From an uncultured delta proteobacterium (GTDB lineage: Bacteria; Myxococcota; UBA727; VGSZ01), in assembly GCA_963775425.1 (NCBI GenBank), contig CAVZJB010000016.1, positions 288,001 through 352,000 on the forward strand: 64,000 bases of DNA, written 5' to 3'. The position numbers were made by a program, and so were the translations under genes. Shown one piece after another: positions 43,201-52,248 of the stretch; position 1 is the first letter of the stretch; the number at the start of each line of letters is the position of its first letter. The notes under the pieces are model-generated. The model was given only the letters and a program-made list of their open reading frames with translations. It had not been told where the DNA came from and made no database searches.

Positions 43201-46200
43201 GGCCTCGTCGGCGCCGGTCCCCGGCATCTCGGCGACGAGGAGCTCGAGCCACAGCCCGTCGTCGTCCTTCTTGCGGCAGCGGCGCAGGCGCGCGGCGCGG
43301 GCGTCCTCGGGGAGACCGGCGGCGCGGGCGGCGGCCTCCCACACGTCGAGGATGCGGCCGGCGAGCCCCGGCGGCTCGGCACCGGCCTCCACGATGTCCT
43401 TGAGGATGGGCGCCGCGCGCTCGGCGCCGGCGCCGCCGCCGGCGACGTCGAGGAGCAGCGCGACGCGCTCCGGACTCGCGCCGAAGCGCTCGACGAGGTC
43501 GGCGGCGCGCCGCGCGGCGTCGTCGAGGCGGCCGCGGCGGCGGTCGAGCCCGACGAGCAGGCCGAGCGTGGCCGCGTCGGCGGCGCCGCTCGCGCCGAGC
43601 TTCTCGAGCGCGGCGGCCTCAGTGTCGGTGTCACCCTCGAGCGCCGCCACCTCGGTGACGAGGAGCCACGCCGCGGGCGTATCGAGCTCGCGCGCGAGCG
43701 CGACGGCGGCGTCGCTCTTGCCGAGGAGCGCGAGCAGGCCGGCCTTGGCGAGCTCGTCGTCGACGACGTCGACCTGCGCCTCCACGAGGCCTTCGGCCGC
43801 GGCCAGGCGATAGGCGGCCTCGCGCAGGGAGCGGTCGCCGCCCGCGGCGCCGCCGAGGAGGATGGAGAAGGCGCCCTGGGCATCCTTGAGCGCCGTCATG
43901 CGGTGCTCCGCGCGACGTCGCACCACCTCGCTGCGCGCCTCGCTGCCGGCGGAGCGCTCGGCGGCCTCGGCCATCAGCTCGTCGATGACGTCGTGCAGGC
44001 CGGACGCCTGCGCGATGCCCAACGCCTCCGCCTGCACGCCTTCGTCGTCGGGCGCGCACCGGGCGAACGCGAGGAGCGCCCTGTCGAGCCCGACCTCCGA
44101 GAGCTGGCTCGTCGACGAGCGCAACAGCCCCTCGACGGCCTTCTTTCTGTGCTTGAGCGCTTCGGGGCCCACGGGCAGCGCGTCGGCGGCGCGCGTCGAC
44201 CACTCGGCGGCGTCGAAGGCGCCGAGGTGCCACGCGACCTCGGCCCGCGACGAGAGCGTCTCGGCGTCGACCACGGCGCCGCCGGCGGTGCGCGCGTCGA
44301 TGGTGCCGTCCAGGGCGAACGCGGCCTCGCGCCAGCGCTCGGCGCGGAGCGCGACGGCGGCCGCCGCGTGGAGCTCGGTCTGCCGGGCGTCTTCGGGGAG
44401 CGACGCCGACAACGCGAGGCGCAGGGCCAGGCGCTCGGGCGTGAGCCGCAGGTGGCTCGCGCGCCGCGCGGCGCGGGCGACGTCGTCGGCCCGCACGCCG
44501 TTTTGACGCGTGAGCTGGTCGAGGCGAGCGGTGCCGCGGGCGGCGTCGCCGACGCGCACGGCCGCGACGACGGCGGCGGAGGTCTGCGCCTGACGGCGGA
44601 CGGCGCGGCGCGCGTGCTCCTCGAGGAGCGCGCGGGCGGCGACCCCGGTGCGATCGTCGACGGCCTGGGCGAGCGCCTCGGCGGCCTCGCCCGAGAGCGC
44701 GGCGTCGCGCGCGGCGGCGACCGCGGCGTCGGCGTCGCTGATGCGGACGGCGCGGCGGAAGGCGACCAGCGCGGCGCGGCGGCGGTCGTCGTCGTTGCGG
44801 GCGGACGCCACCAGGCGCTCGACGTCGCCCGCGGCGCGCCGGGGGCCCGCGATGCGCCAACGACGGCGCGCGGCGGCGACGCCGAACGCGTCCGCGGCGT
44901 CGACGCCGGCGGCGAACAGCGCGTCGGACAGCTCGAGCGCGCCGGCGCTGCCGAGCGCGCCGGCGCCGGCGGCGAGGCCGAGGAGGAACGCGGCGCGGCG
45001 CCCGTCGTCGAGGGCGAGCGCGGCCAGCGCGGCCGACGACGGCCCGCCGGACGGAGGCGCCCCGCCGCCCCCGCCGAGCTCGACGCCCCCACCGCCGTCG
45101 CCCCCACCGAGCTCGACGCCCGCGGGCGCGCCGACGTCGACGGCCGCGGGGGCCTCCGTGCTGAGGTCGATGCGGGCAGGCGCGCCCGCGGCTGTGGCCC
45201 CGGCGAGAGACGACGCCGTCGCCACCGCCACCGCCTCCGCGATGCGCCGCTCGGGGGACATGGCGGCGTCGAAGATGGCGCGGGCGCGGTGGCGGGCGCG
45301 GTCCTCGTCGGTGGCGAGCACCAGGTGCGCGTGCACGCGCGCGGCAGGGTCCACGGCGTCGGGCTCGATCGCCAGGAGCGCCTCGGCGTCGAGGGGGTCG
45401 GGCGCGCGCGCCATCTCCGCCGCGAGGAACGCGCCGAGGGCCGCGCTGCCGCGCTCCTCGTGGATGCGCCGCTCGAGGACCTTGAGCTCCCCGTCCGCGC
45501 CGCCGCCGGCCTGAAGCTCGGCGCGCACCTCGACGAGCTGATCGAGCGCCTCCTCGCCGCGGTGCATCTCGAGGAGCAGCGCCGCCCGCCGCCGCACGAT
45601 CTCGCGCTTCTCGATCCCCGCGGAGCGCTCGGCGCGCCGCCCGAGCGCCTCGGCGAGGCGCGGCTTGTCGCCGAGCGCATCGAGGCACTCGAGCAGCTCG
45701 CCCCACGCCTCGCGGTCATCGGGGTCCTCGTCGACGAGCGCCTGCAGGTGCGTCACCGCGCGCGCCTCGTCGTCGAGGCCGGTGCGCAACACGCTCACGA
45801 GCTCGAGGCGCAGCGCGCGCCGCAGGGCGGCCCGCTTGTCGCCGGCGCCGTCTCCCGCCTCGGGGCGGCCCGCCTCCGCGTCGGCCGCGGCGATGGCGTC
45901 CTCGAGCACCAGCGCCACCGCGTCCCACGCCTCGGCGTCGCGCAGCAGCACCAGCGCCTGCCCGCGCAGGTCGGCGCGGTCGACGAGCGACGGCCTGAGC
46001 TCGTGCAGGCGGCCGAGCACGGCGCTGTCGGCGCCCGGCCCCGACAAGAGCGCCTCCGCGGCCGTCTGGCGGAGCACGGCGCGCCTCCCCTCGTCGTCGA
46101 CGCGCTCGGCCAGCGCCCACATGCGGTCGGCGGCGCGCAGCCCCTGGCCCGCGGACGCCTCGCGCTCCGCCGCCGCGAGCACGACGTCGACGTCGCCCGG

Positions 46201-49200
46201 GCACGCGTCGGCGAGCGCCACGAGCACGCCGTCTTCGAGGCGCCCGTCGCGCAGGCTCTCGGCGGTGAACGCGTCGCGCAGCGCCGACGCCGAAGCCGGC
46301 GTGCCGAGAGAGAAAGGCCCGGGCTCTGCGCCCGTGGACGGCAGCGCGTGCGCGCGCCCGAGGAGCGCCTGCGCGGCCAGCGTGGGCTCCGCGGTGGCCG
46401 CCCGCGCGACGAGAGAGCGCACGCGCTCGTCGGGCGTGGCGCCCGCGTCGAGCGCCGCGAGCACGTCCTCGAGCGCGGCGCTCGTGTCCTCACCCGCGCC
46501 GAAGCGCAGCTCGGCGCGCCGCACGAGGTCGGCGGCGTCGAGGGAGTCGTTGCGCGACCCCATCTCGTCGAGGAGGGCGAGCGCGGTGTCGGTGTCGCCG
46601 GCGGCCTCCGCGCAGGCGAGCGTCTCCTTGCGCAGCTCGGCGTCGGTGCGGATGGCGCGCGCCTTGTCGAGGAGCTTGACCGCGGCGCCGGCGTCGCCGA
46701 GGCGATCGCGGCTGTCGCGCGCGCACGACAACAGGCGTGCGAAGCGCTCGTCGTCGTCGCCGGCGTCGAGGAGCAACAGCGCGTCCGCCGCCGCCCGCGC
46801 CTCCGCCGGCCGCGACAGATCGCGGGCGAGGCGCTCGACGGCCCGCAGGCTCTCGACGTCGCCGGGGAGGCGCTCCGCCCTGCCTTGCCACGCGCCGAGC
46901 GCGGTGTCGGCGCGGCCGCACTTCTCGGCGGCGAGCGCGAGCCGCCCGAGGAGCGCCACCCGCTCCTCGGCCTCCGCCGCCAGCGGCAACAGCCGCTCGA
47001 GCGAGGCGACGGCGACGTCGAAGCGCGACAGCTCTTCGGCGATGCGCGCGCGTCGCATCTCGGCCGGCCGTGACAGCTCGCGGCTGCCGGCCGCGATCTC
47101 CTCGAGGAGCTCGAGCGCGCGGGTGCGATCCTTGGCGTCGTCGAGGAGCTGCGCGGCGCGCTCGATGACGGCCTTGCGGTCGCCGAGGGCGCGCGTGCCG
47201 TCCGGGCTGCGCTGCAGCGCCGAGAGCAGGAGCGAGGCGGCGGCGCCGGGATCGTCGAGCTCTTCGTCGAGGCCGACGAGGTCGTCGACGAGGCCGTCGG
47301 CGTCCTCGTGAGCCATCACGTCGGCGTCCTCGAGGGCGGCCTCGAGCGTGCGCCGGGCCTCCTTCTTCTGCCCGAGCGGCCCGGACTCGAGCACGGCCTT
47401 CCGGCGCAGGAGCGCGATGCGCTCCTCGACGGGGATGCTGCGCGCGAGGAGCTTGCCGAGGGCGTCGACGGCGGCGGTGTCGGCGCCGCTGTCGGCGAGG
47501 GCGCCGGCGTAGCGGCGCAGGACGTCGGTGCTGTCGGCGAGCGCGAGCGACTGCGCGCACAGGTCGGCGGCGAGCGCGGGGTCGTGCACCTCCTCGTCGG
47601 CGCGGGCGGCGAGCAACGCGTAGGCGGACGCGCGGGCGGCGCCCTCCAGGGCGGCGTCGGCCCAGGCGCGGTCGACGTCGAGCGCGCCCCGCAGGTCACC
47701 GCCGTCGCGCAACCAGCGCGACAGCGAGCGCGCCGCGGTCCGAAGCGTGGGATCGACCTCGAGGCACTGGCGGCGGGCCTCGGCGGCGCCGGCGGCGTCG
47801 TGCAGGAGCTCGTCGAGGATCTCCGCGCGCGTCTCGAGGAGCAGCGCCTTCTCGGTGATGCGCGCGCGCTCGAGGAGCTGGTCGACGGCGTCGAGGGCGG
47901 ACGGGCCGTCGCCGAGGGCGCGGTGCAGATCGACGCGGACGCGCGTGTGCTTCTGCGGCTTTTTGTCGTGCGTCTCGGCGAAGCGGAACGCGGCGAGCGC
48001 GAGGCGCGTGCGCCCGACGAAGCCGTAGAGGTACGCGCCCGCCTCCGCCGCCTGCTCGGCGGCCAGCGGGCCGTCCGCGAGCGTCTGCGCGGCGGCGAGC
48101 CGGGCGCGCACGACGAGGCGGTGGTTCTTGGTGACGCGCGCGAGATCGAGGAGGCGATCGAGCGCGTCGCCCGAGTACGGCGCGCTCTTCAAGGCGCGCA
48201 GCCAGATGTCGCGCGCGTCTCTGTGGCGGTCGAGGCGCAGGGCAGCGTCGCCGGCGCGCAGCCAGAGATCGGTGCGCTCGGCGCCGGGCTTGAGGCGGTC
48301 GCCGCGGCGCAGGCACTCGTCGAGGAGGCCGCCGTCGTCGCCGAGCTCGCCGAGGAGCGCCTGCAGGTGGCGGCTCGCCTGGGCGTCGTCGGGGGCGTGG
48401 CGCAGGTGACCGCGCCAGGCGTCGGCGGCGGCGGGCTTGTTCTTGAGCTGGTCTTCTTCGAGGGAGGCGATGCGCGAGTAGAGCCCCGCGAGCTGCTCGT
48501 CGGTGCCGCCGAGCTCGATGCGCGCGCCGAGGACGTCGACGGCGTTCTGCGTGCGCCCGGCCTCGCCGTAGAGGTCGGCGAGCCGTTCGAGCTCGACGGC
48601 GCGCGCCTGGCCGGCGCCGGTGCCGAGCGCCAGCTCGCGCGCCCGGATCTCGACGGCGACGTCGCCCTTCTTCTGCGCGGCGCCGGCGAGCTTGTCGAGG
48701 AGCGCCGCGAGCGCGGCGCCGGTGGCGCGGGCCGCGTCGCCCTCGGCGGCGCTTCCATCCGCGGCGCCGTCCCCCTCGGCGCGGCAGGCCTTCTCGAGCC
48801 GATCGAGCGCGTACGCGAGCTCTCCGCGGCCGAGGAGCTCCGGGATGAGCGACGACAGCGCGCTGTCGGAGCGCGGGTCCTCGTCGAGCCAGAGGCCGAG
48901 CGCGGTGCGCCCGCGCCCGGAGTCGATGGCGAGCAGCGCGCGCGCGCGCTGGGCGTGCACCGCGACGCGCGCGGCGGCGTCGACGTCGTGGCGGCCGAGG
49001 AGCGCGCGCGCGGCGGTGTCGATGGCGCCGGCGTCCTGCACCGCCACCGCGAGGGAGAACGCCTTGTGTGCGACCGCCCCGTCGGCGGCCGCGGCGCCCG
49101 TGGCGTCGAGCAAGCGCTTGAGGGCGCCGGGCGCGTCGCCGGCGGCCTCGAGGATGCCGGCGGCCTCGAGCAGCCAGGCCCCGCGGCCGTGACGGACGCC

Positions 49201-51963
49201 GGCGTCGGCGAGCACGTCGGCGGCCTGCGACGGAGGCAGCGCCCGCGCCTCGCTCAAGTACATCTCGACGTCCTCGAGCTGCTCGCCGCGCGCGGCGAGC
49301 ACGCCCGCCAGGCGCAACCGGGCGGTGGGGTCGTCGGTGAGGGCCGCCACGGCCGCGCGCAACGGCCCCGAAGGGACGTTGTGCACCTCGGCGTCGTCAC
49401 GGCGCAGCACCGCCGCGAGCCGGGACCCGTCCTGCGACGCGAGCGCCGCCTCGAGCCACGCGCCCACGTCGACGGAGCCCTTGTCCGCCGCCTCCTGCAG
49501 CGCGTCGGCCGCCGCGCCCGGGCCGCGGCCGCCGTCGCGCATGTGCAGCGCGCCCAGGCGCCGGAGCGCCAGCGCCGCCTTCTGCGGGTCGTCCTCGAGG
49601 AGCGGCAGCAGCCGCTCGCGCTCCTCGATCTCGAGCGCGGTCTCGCCCGCGGCGTCGGCGAACGACGCGCGCAGCTCCAGGCTCTGCTTGTCGTCGCGCG
49701 CCGCGAGCAGCGCGTGCGCGTCGCGCGGGCGGCCGGCGCCGGCGAGCTTTTGCGCCACGGCGTGGAGCTGCTCGACGGGCACGTCCGCCGCGCGGGCGCC
49801 GACGGCGCTCACGAGCCCGGCGGCGTTCGGCGCGTCCGGTGCGGCGGCGAGCGCCGCGGCCACCGCCTGCGCGTCCTGCGGGAACGCGCGCACGAGCGCG
49901 TCGGCGGCGTCGTCGACGCGGCCGGCGGCGACGAAGAGGCGCGCGGCCTCGATGCGCTTGGCGCTCGGCGACAGCGAGGGCGGCGTGCTGCCGCCGGCGG
50001 TGTCGGTGTCGGCCTCGGCGAGCAACAGCTCCGCGAGCGGGCCCGGCGCCCCGAGCAGCGCCTGCGCCTCGGCGTCGATGCGCTTCACCGCGGCGGTGGC
50101 GTCAACCGGCGGCACGCGCGCGATGAGCGCCCGCGCCCGCTCCGCGTCTCCGGCCCCGGCGCGCTTGACGAGCAGGCGCGCGGCGAAGACCAAGGGCTCC
50201 GCGGGCGCGTCCTCCGCGTCGACCGCCTCGCGCAACACGTCGAGCGCGCGCTCCGGCGTGTCCTCCATCAAGCCCGCGAGGCGCACGGCGACGATGGGGT
50301 CGGCGGGCCGGAGCTCGCGCGCGTTGGCGAGGTGCATGCGCGCCGCCTCGCGATCGCCGCGGGCCTCCGCGAGCCGGGCGGCGAGGATCTCGACGTCGGC
50401 GCGGGCGGCGCTGTCGTCCTCGACGACGACGAGGAGGCGCGTGAGCAGCTCGGCCGCGCGCTCGAGCGCCCCGGCCTCCACCTCGACGTCGATGAGGGCG
50501 ACGAGGGCGTCCTTGCGATCCGCGCGGCGCAGCGCCCGGCGCAACAACACGCGCGCGGAGTCGATGCCCTCGACCCGCTTGGCGAGCGCGGCGAGCTCGA
50601 CGGCGAACGCGTCGGCGGCGGCGGGGTCCTCGGCGCGCTCGAGGGCGGTGCGGCCGGTGGCGAGCGCGCGCGCGAATTCGCCGGCCTCGGCGAGGAGCCG
50701 GGCGGTGAGCGTGCCCGTCTCGGGGACGCTCGGGTCGGCGAGGAACGCGGCCTCGGCGCAGGAGAGCGCGAGGGCGTCGTCGCCGGCGTTCTTGGCGATG
50801 CTCGCGGCGACGAGGAAGGCGCGCGCGGCGACCCAGGGCTCGTCGGCGAGGTCGGCGGCCTTGCCGAGCGCCTGCAGGCGGTGCGCGCGCTCCGCGGGCT
50901 CCTTGCCCTCCTGCTCCGCGTGCGCGGCGAGGAGGCCGAGGTGCTCCGGCGCCTTCTGCAGCGCGGCGTCGAGGAGGTCGTCCCCCTCGGCGCGGCGCCG
51001 CGGATCGGTTCGGAGCACTTCGGCGGCGAACGGGACGACGCTCGGCGACAGCGCGCCCTCGTCATTGAGCTTGTCGACGAGCGCGATGCGCGCCTCGTCG
51101 CTGTCGGCGCCGACGAGGCCGTCGGCGAACACCGCGAGCGCCACGGCCTCCTCGAGCGGCCCGCGCTTCTGGTTGCGCGGCGCCTTCCAACCCTCGGGGA
51201 GCTCGCGCGCCCACGCGCGCAGGGTGACCTCGCCCTTGCCGAGGACGACCTCGTGGACGCGCACGTCGCCGACGGCGGGGACCTTCCAGCCGTACTGCGG
51301 CAAGAGCCGGCCGAGGACGGCGCGGAACGGATCGGCGCGGCGGACCATGGCGCGCGCGGGGAGCGCGCCCGGCAGATGCAGCGCATCGAGGAGCGACTGC
51401 GCGATGGCGGCGCGCGGCCGCGGCAGCGGCGAGAAGGAGATGACCTCGTGAAGCACGAGGGCGACGCCGGCCTCGCCGACGGGCGCGAAGATGCCGCGCG
51501 CGCGGATGGGCACGGGGCCCGCGGGGCCCTGCATCTCGACGAGGAGCTCGATGCCGCCGGCGCGCGCGCGCTCGCGTGCGAGGACGAAGCCCGCGGCCTT
51601 GAGCTTGTCGGAGACGTAGAGCGACGCGTGGCTGAGCGTGAGCTCGATGGCGCGCAGCGTGAGGCGGCGGTTCCTGAACTGCTGCGGGCCGCCGGAGACG
51701 TTCAGCGGGTAGTCGACGTCGGGGACCTCGAAGAGCGCGCGCGCGACGCCGACGCCGGGCTCGACGGTCTTGTCCTTGAGCGCGAGCAGCGTGCGCCCCG
51801 CCTCGAAGCGCAGGTCGAAGCCGAGCTGCTCGGGGGCGCCGAGCGCCTGGGGCGTGGGGTCCTCGGGCGCCGCCGACGACGACGGATCGCGCGGCTGCAC
51901 CGGCAGCGTGGGCAGGCTCTTGTCCTTGCCCTTGTCCCCGTTCTTCCCGTCGCCAGCGCCCAC
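37234..51963 (-). CDS. giant (~4900 aa) TPR-like alpha-solenoid protein
   Basis: Uninterrupted 14.7-kb ORF with many A...L...P.D..A...L helical repeats; proposed start GTG 51963 (the ORF extends to 52095 through the repeats). Confidence 0.85.
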   Translation of the reverse strand: MGAGDGKNGDKGKDKSLPTLPVQPRDPSSSAAPEDPTPQALGAPEQLGFDLRFEAGRTLLALKDKTVEPGVGVARALFEVPDVDYPLNVSGGPQQFRNRRLTLRAIELTLSHASLYVSDKLKAAGFVLARERARAGGIELLVEMQGPAGPVPIRARGIFAPVGEAGVALVLHEVISFSPLPRPRAAIAQSLLDALHLPGALPARAMVRRADPFRAVLGRLLPQYGWKVPAVGDVRVHEVVLGKGEVTLRAWARELPEGWKAPRNQKRGPLEEAVALAVFADGLVGADSDEARIALVDKLNDEGALSPSVVPFAAEVLRTDPRRRAEGDDLLDAALQKAPEHLGLLAAHAEQEGKEPAERAHRLQALGKAADLADEPWVAARAFLVAASIAKNAGDDALALSCAEAAFLADPSVPETGTLTARLLAEAGEFARALATGRTALERAEDPAAADAFAVELAALAKRVEGIDSARVLLRRALRRADRKDALVALIDVEVEAGALERAAELLTRLLVVVEDDSAARADVEILAARLAEARGDREAARMHLANARELRPADPIVAVRLAGLMEDTPERALDVLREAVDAEDAPAEPLVFAARLLVKRAGAGDAERARALIARVPPVDATAAVKRIDAEAQALLGAPGPLAELLLAEADTDTAGGSTPPSLSPSAKRIEAARLFVAAGRVDDAADALVRAFPQDAQAVAAALAAAPDAPNAAGLVSAVGARAADVPVEQLHAVAQKLAGAGRPRDAHALLAARDDKQSLELRASFADAAGETALEIEERERLLPLLEDDPQKAALALRRLGALHMRDGGRGPGAAADALQEAADKGSVDVGAWLEAALASQDGSRLAAVLRRDDAEVHNVPSGPLRAAVAALTDDPTARLRLAGVLAARGEQLEDVEMYLSEARALPPSQAADVLADAGVRHGRGAWLLEAAGILEAAGDAPGALKRLLDATGAAAADGAVAHKAFSLAVAVQDAGAIDTAARALLGRHDVDAAARVAVHAQRARALLAIDSGRGRTALGLWLDEDPRSDSALSSLIPELLGRGELAYALDRLEKACRAEGDGAADGSAAEGDAARATGAALAALLDKLAGAAQKKGDVAVEIRARELALGTGAGQARAVELERLADLYGEAGRTQNAVDVLGARIELGGTDEQLAGLYSRIASLEEDQLKNKPAAADAWRGHLRHAPDDAQASRHLQALLGELGDDGGLLDECLRRGDRLKPGAERTDLWLRAGDAALRLDRHRDARDIWLRALKSAPYSGDALDRLLDLARVTKNHRLVVRARLAAAQTLADGPLAAEQAAEAGAYLYGFVGRTRLALAAFRFAETHDKKPQKHTRVRVDLHRALGDGPSALDAVDQLLERARITEKALLLETRAEILDELLHDAAGAAEARRQCLEVDPTLRTAARSLSRWLRDGGDLRGALDVDRAWADAALEGAARASAYALLAARADEEVHDPALAADLCAQSLALADSTDVLRRYAGALADSGADTAAVDALGKLLARSIPVEERIALLRRKAVLESGPLGQKKEARRTLEAALEDADVMAHEDADGLVDDLVGLDEELDDPGAAASLLLSALQRSPDGTRALGDRKAVIERAAQLLDDAKDRTRALELLEEIAAGSRELSRPAEMRRARIAEELSRFDVAVASLERLLPLAAEAEERVALLGRLALAAEKCGRADTALGAWQGRAERLPGDVESLRAVERLARDLSRPAEARAAADALLLLDAGDDDERFARLLSCARDSRDRLGDAGAAVKLLDKARAIRTDAELRKETLACAEAAGDTDTALALLDEMGSRNDSLDAADLVRRAELRFGAGEDTSAALEDVLAALDAGATPDERVRSLVARAATAEPTLAAQALLGRAHALPSTGAEPGPFSLGTPASASALRDAFTAESLRDGRLEDGVLVALADACPGDVDVVLAAAEREASAGQGLRAADRMWALAERVDDEGRRAVLRQTAAEALLSGPGADSAVLGRLHELRPSLVDRADLRGQALVLLRDAEAWDAVALVLEDAIAAADAEAGRPEAGDGAGDKRAALRRALRLELVSVLRTGLDDEARAVTHLQALVDEDPDDREAWGELLECLDALGDKPRLAEALGRRAERSAGIEKREIVRRRAALLLEMHRGEEALDQLVEVRAELQAGGGADGELKVLERRIHEERGSAALGAFLAAEMARAPDPLDAEALLAIEPDAVDPAARVHAHLVLATDEDRARHRARAIFDAAMSPERRIAEAVAVATASSLAGATAAGAPARIDLSTEAPAAVDVGAPAGVELGGGDGGGGVELGGGGGAPPSGGPSSAALAALALDDGRRAAFLLGLAAGAGALGSAGALELSDALFAAGVDAADAFGVAAARRRWRIAGPRRAAGDVERLVASARNDDDRRRAALVAFRRAVRISDADAAVAAARDAALSGEAAEALAQAVDDRTGVAARALLEEHARRAVRRQAQTSAAVVAAVRVGDAARGTARLDQLTRQNGVRADDVARAARRASHLRLTPERLALRLALSASLPEDARQTELHAAAAVALRAERWREAAFALDGTIDARTAGGAVVDAETLSSRAEVAWHLGAFDAAEWSTRAADALPVGPEALKHRKKAVEGLLRSSTSQLSEVGLDRALLAFARCAPDDEGVQAEALGIAQASGLHDVIDELMAEAAERSAGSEARSEVVRRRAEHRMTALKDAQGAFSILLGGAAGGDRSLREAAYRLAAAEGLVEAQVDVVDDELAKAGLLALLGKSDAAVALARELDTPAAWLLVTEVAALEGDTDTEAAALEKLGASGAADAATLGLLVGLDRRRGRLDDAARRAADLVERFGASPERVALLLDVAGGGAGAERAAPILKDIVEAGAEPPGLAGRILDVWEAAARAAGLPEDARAARLRRCRKKDDDGLWLELLVAEMPGTGADEAALWLRPLLLRRGLFQKLVEAGPRGLAEAVGVLVMSGDAALVVDALGALDDAGGSTPPVDAASPPEPLAWPLRSELASALAVLGRPADAARVLLRGVVDEGSRGRRATRAAQLFLDAGDVPGAVEALLAAPLAEADDELVSLARDVATQAGGDGAPLLVRTALVTADEGDVEAALGLATQAAPDVARAVAGWRLRADPTDHRAWQLAAMHPGGAQQHFAVALALRGRGAWPADLVDDAARAHRLRDGMLPPHVARAWVEAKAGRAAEPKELGLDAPALLARARRGSADERKVAWRALAARAAIDKDDVAAARMLARAGVPMSEAPIEVRLAADPELATPSARIAAIAAAAVSDEVLGDPGRRRALVAAFDELDDKGYAGAALRQEVHGARRGLPGLIDGLDSASTGAASTGGASTGGAAADLAGALSGADASPASGSGGAVDARAVLRALGRRPSAAQRATAAALLAVSSAPGGAGGARGALARLLDPRMFATVREEPGAADLEARARAHADAHRFAEAAGLLRLVAALAGYDAARERDIQELAEKGGRVDLVVESLGRMAGAAPDAVERAGLLRERALVRAGQKEMLQAASKDARGAFAIVPDDVDSARLWLQLAEMAGDDRDVADALGAVAATTEKPAEKSESVARRVRLLVESLKDNDAALVAVDESLAVLPGDAALLEERARVLAALAAAAAGRAAERAAGDDDRGDDGDVRELFASAARAFDDAAREREPAARGPLRRSGADAWLGAGDAEEAVATLCTAAAEGDAEALGVAEPLARERCGPGSLAKVLELLLGVVEEPQRRRVLTLERARLLAESLADRHSAIALLEAQAVADAHDVGARLALAEWYLEGRRVLDAALAYESAAKIPGLPPMAVGPAAREAACLLASLGDLERAGPLAETAIADGVIDHRVLAVAAAWHRAHGRFADVDQLLGREIDLEPDPFAQATMWMERADLRREKLEDDVGARKAIHRVLELVPDHEGALDAMRVDAEREGTWGPLRAALFRAADFAGKKDFQKARMREIAVLDADRFQDLKAAEATVDRALEIDPDDADTLVLKARLLVRGGHVDGVPALIERAEQGGARELPGILQLVRGDGLLISGDRDGAREAFIKASRDPETSAKAWDRLIDLADGTPHFALTLEEARLASDDKKRQATLLKKEARARQKGGDDDGQVACLEQLLALEPGDTDSLRVVRDVYTRKRKLQPLLPLLSAWARSLDREHFGSERARRLGELGTFVLDELGNEQLARETFEEALSVDPDENTALLRLADIAWAARDDERALEILDRIQPAQWPRDPVDLVYRRARCAYALGRDDAQERLRAVLRLDAKHQDALEMLVKLALQKKDDDAAELALEALTSAIPAREDPVRAAQAYVELANLRGRLSRWNEAVVAAERAFELDPANVQVLEVVAVARDESGKHLEAAEVWRRLASTRVGAARMKALESRAQSLHNGGRVADAVEVLIELRRETGEQRFREQAEAWAQQSGDRAVMKKVGLKPPPPPPGVAATASDPPEITSTQTMTSDSDRAAKHGFNALHLQVRANLSENDPKTALDLVEQAVAQGAADLELLQLGVEAAEKGNQPQRLVDLVDNRLKSATDPVEIKQLARAAAQVAKERLVDLDRAAGLLYQAHQADAEDVEVRLDLTRMYAQIPRLASHAVTGILQLLRRTPSDARVFALAADLAESQQQGERARAMRAVESILRGKGVPQEINKNLLDERPQLSPLDAESIQARMAPTGWNGPMQQLLAVLGAAAETVFGDAAPPADAVPLHEKSPRGALALDRLERILAGRPFRVLVGNVDRLTVVPGAAPAVVLPLDLLSLGDTALLAGVARAYGIVRLGAVLPEILKPGDDVALVNIIRNAFGNAPDAHGQRMLSRLREDELRVARGLAHQAVANSADIAGTMSILQRAADRFALVVSGSVVATLHAGALPSLMREPPQRAASILQGSSRGLELAAFAARDNAWLLRRQHGLSS

Positions 51964-52017
51964 GGGGCGGACCCTACTACGGCCCCCGCTCGCGCCGGAA
52001 ATCCCTCGATGTGGCCC

Positions 52018-52162
52018 GTCGGGCGGGGGCTTGTCCCCCGCCTCGTCCCGACACCGGACGTCGGGCGGGGGCTCGTCCCCGCCTCGTCCCGACACCGGAC
52101 GCGGCGCGCGCTTGTCCCCCGCCCCGTCATGTCGGGCGGGCGCTCGTCCCCCGCCTGGTCAT
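52018..52162 (+). repeat. cluster of four REP-like palindromes
   Basis: GTCGGGCGGGGGCT(T/C)GTCCCC(C)GCC units at 52018, 52060, 52101 and 52131; the first two are ~41-bp near-identical tandem copies. Confidence 0.75.
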
Positions 52163-52214
52163 GCACCGCCCTGATCGCGTCCGGATGCGCCGGATCCCGG
52201 AATTCGCCCGCATC

Positions 52215-52242
52215 TTGACACTGTCATTGACAGTGTTATGAT
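52215..52242 (+). promoter_or_regulatory. sigma70-type promoter with palindromic operator, leaderless
   Basis: TTGACA (52215)-16 nt-TATGAT (52237); ACACTGTCA-T-TGACAGTGT at 52218-52236; ATG 6 nt after the -10. Confidence 0.85.
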
Positions 52243-52248
52243 GAGACC

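Noticed and set aside
52018-52162. Possible mini-CRISPR array
   Set aside because: There are no unique spacers, the units are degenerate and adjacent, no cas genes are present, and the motif is dispersed elsewhere like a REP
37177-52218. 3298-aa and 1636-aa plus-strand ORFs
   Set aside because: They are antisense to the giant TPR gene, with Arg/Gly/Ala-rich non-protein-like composition
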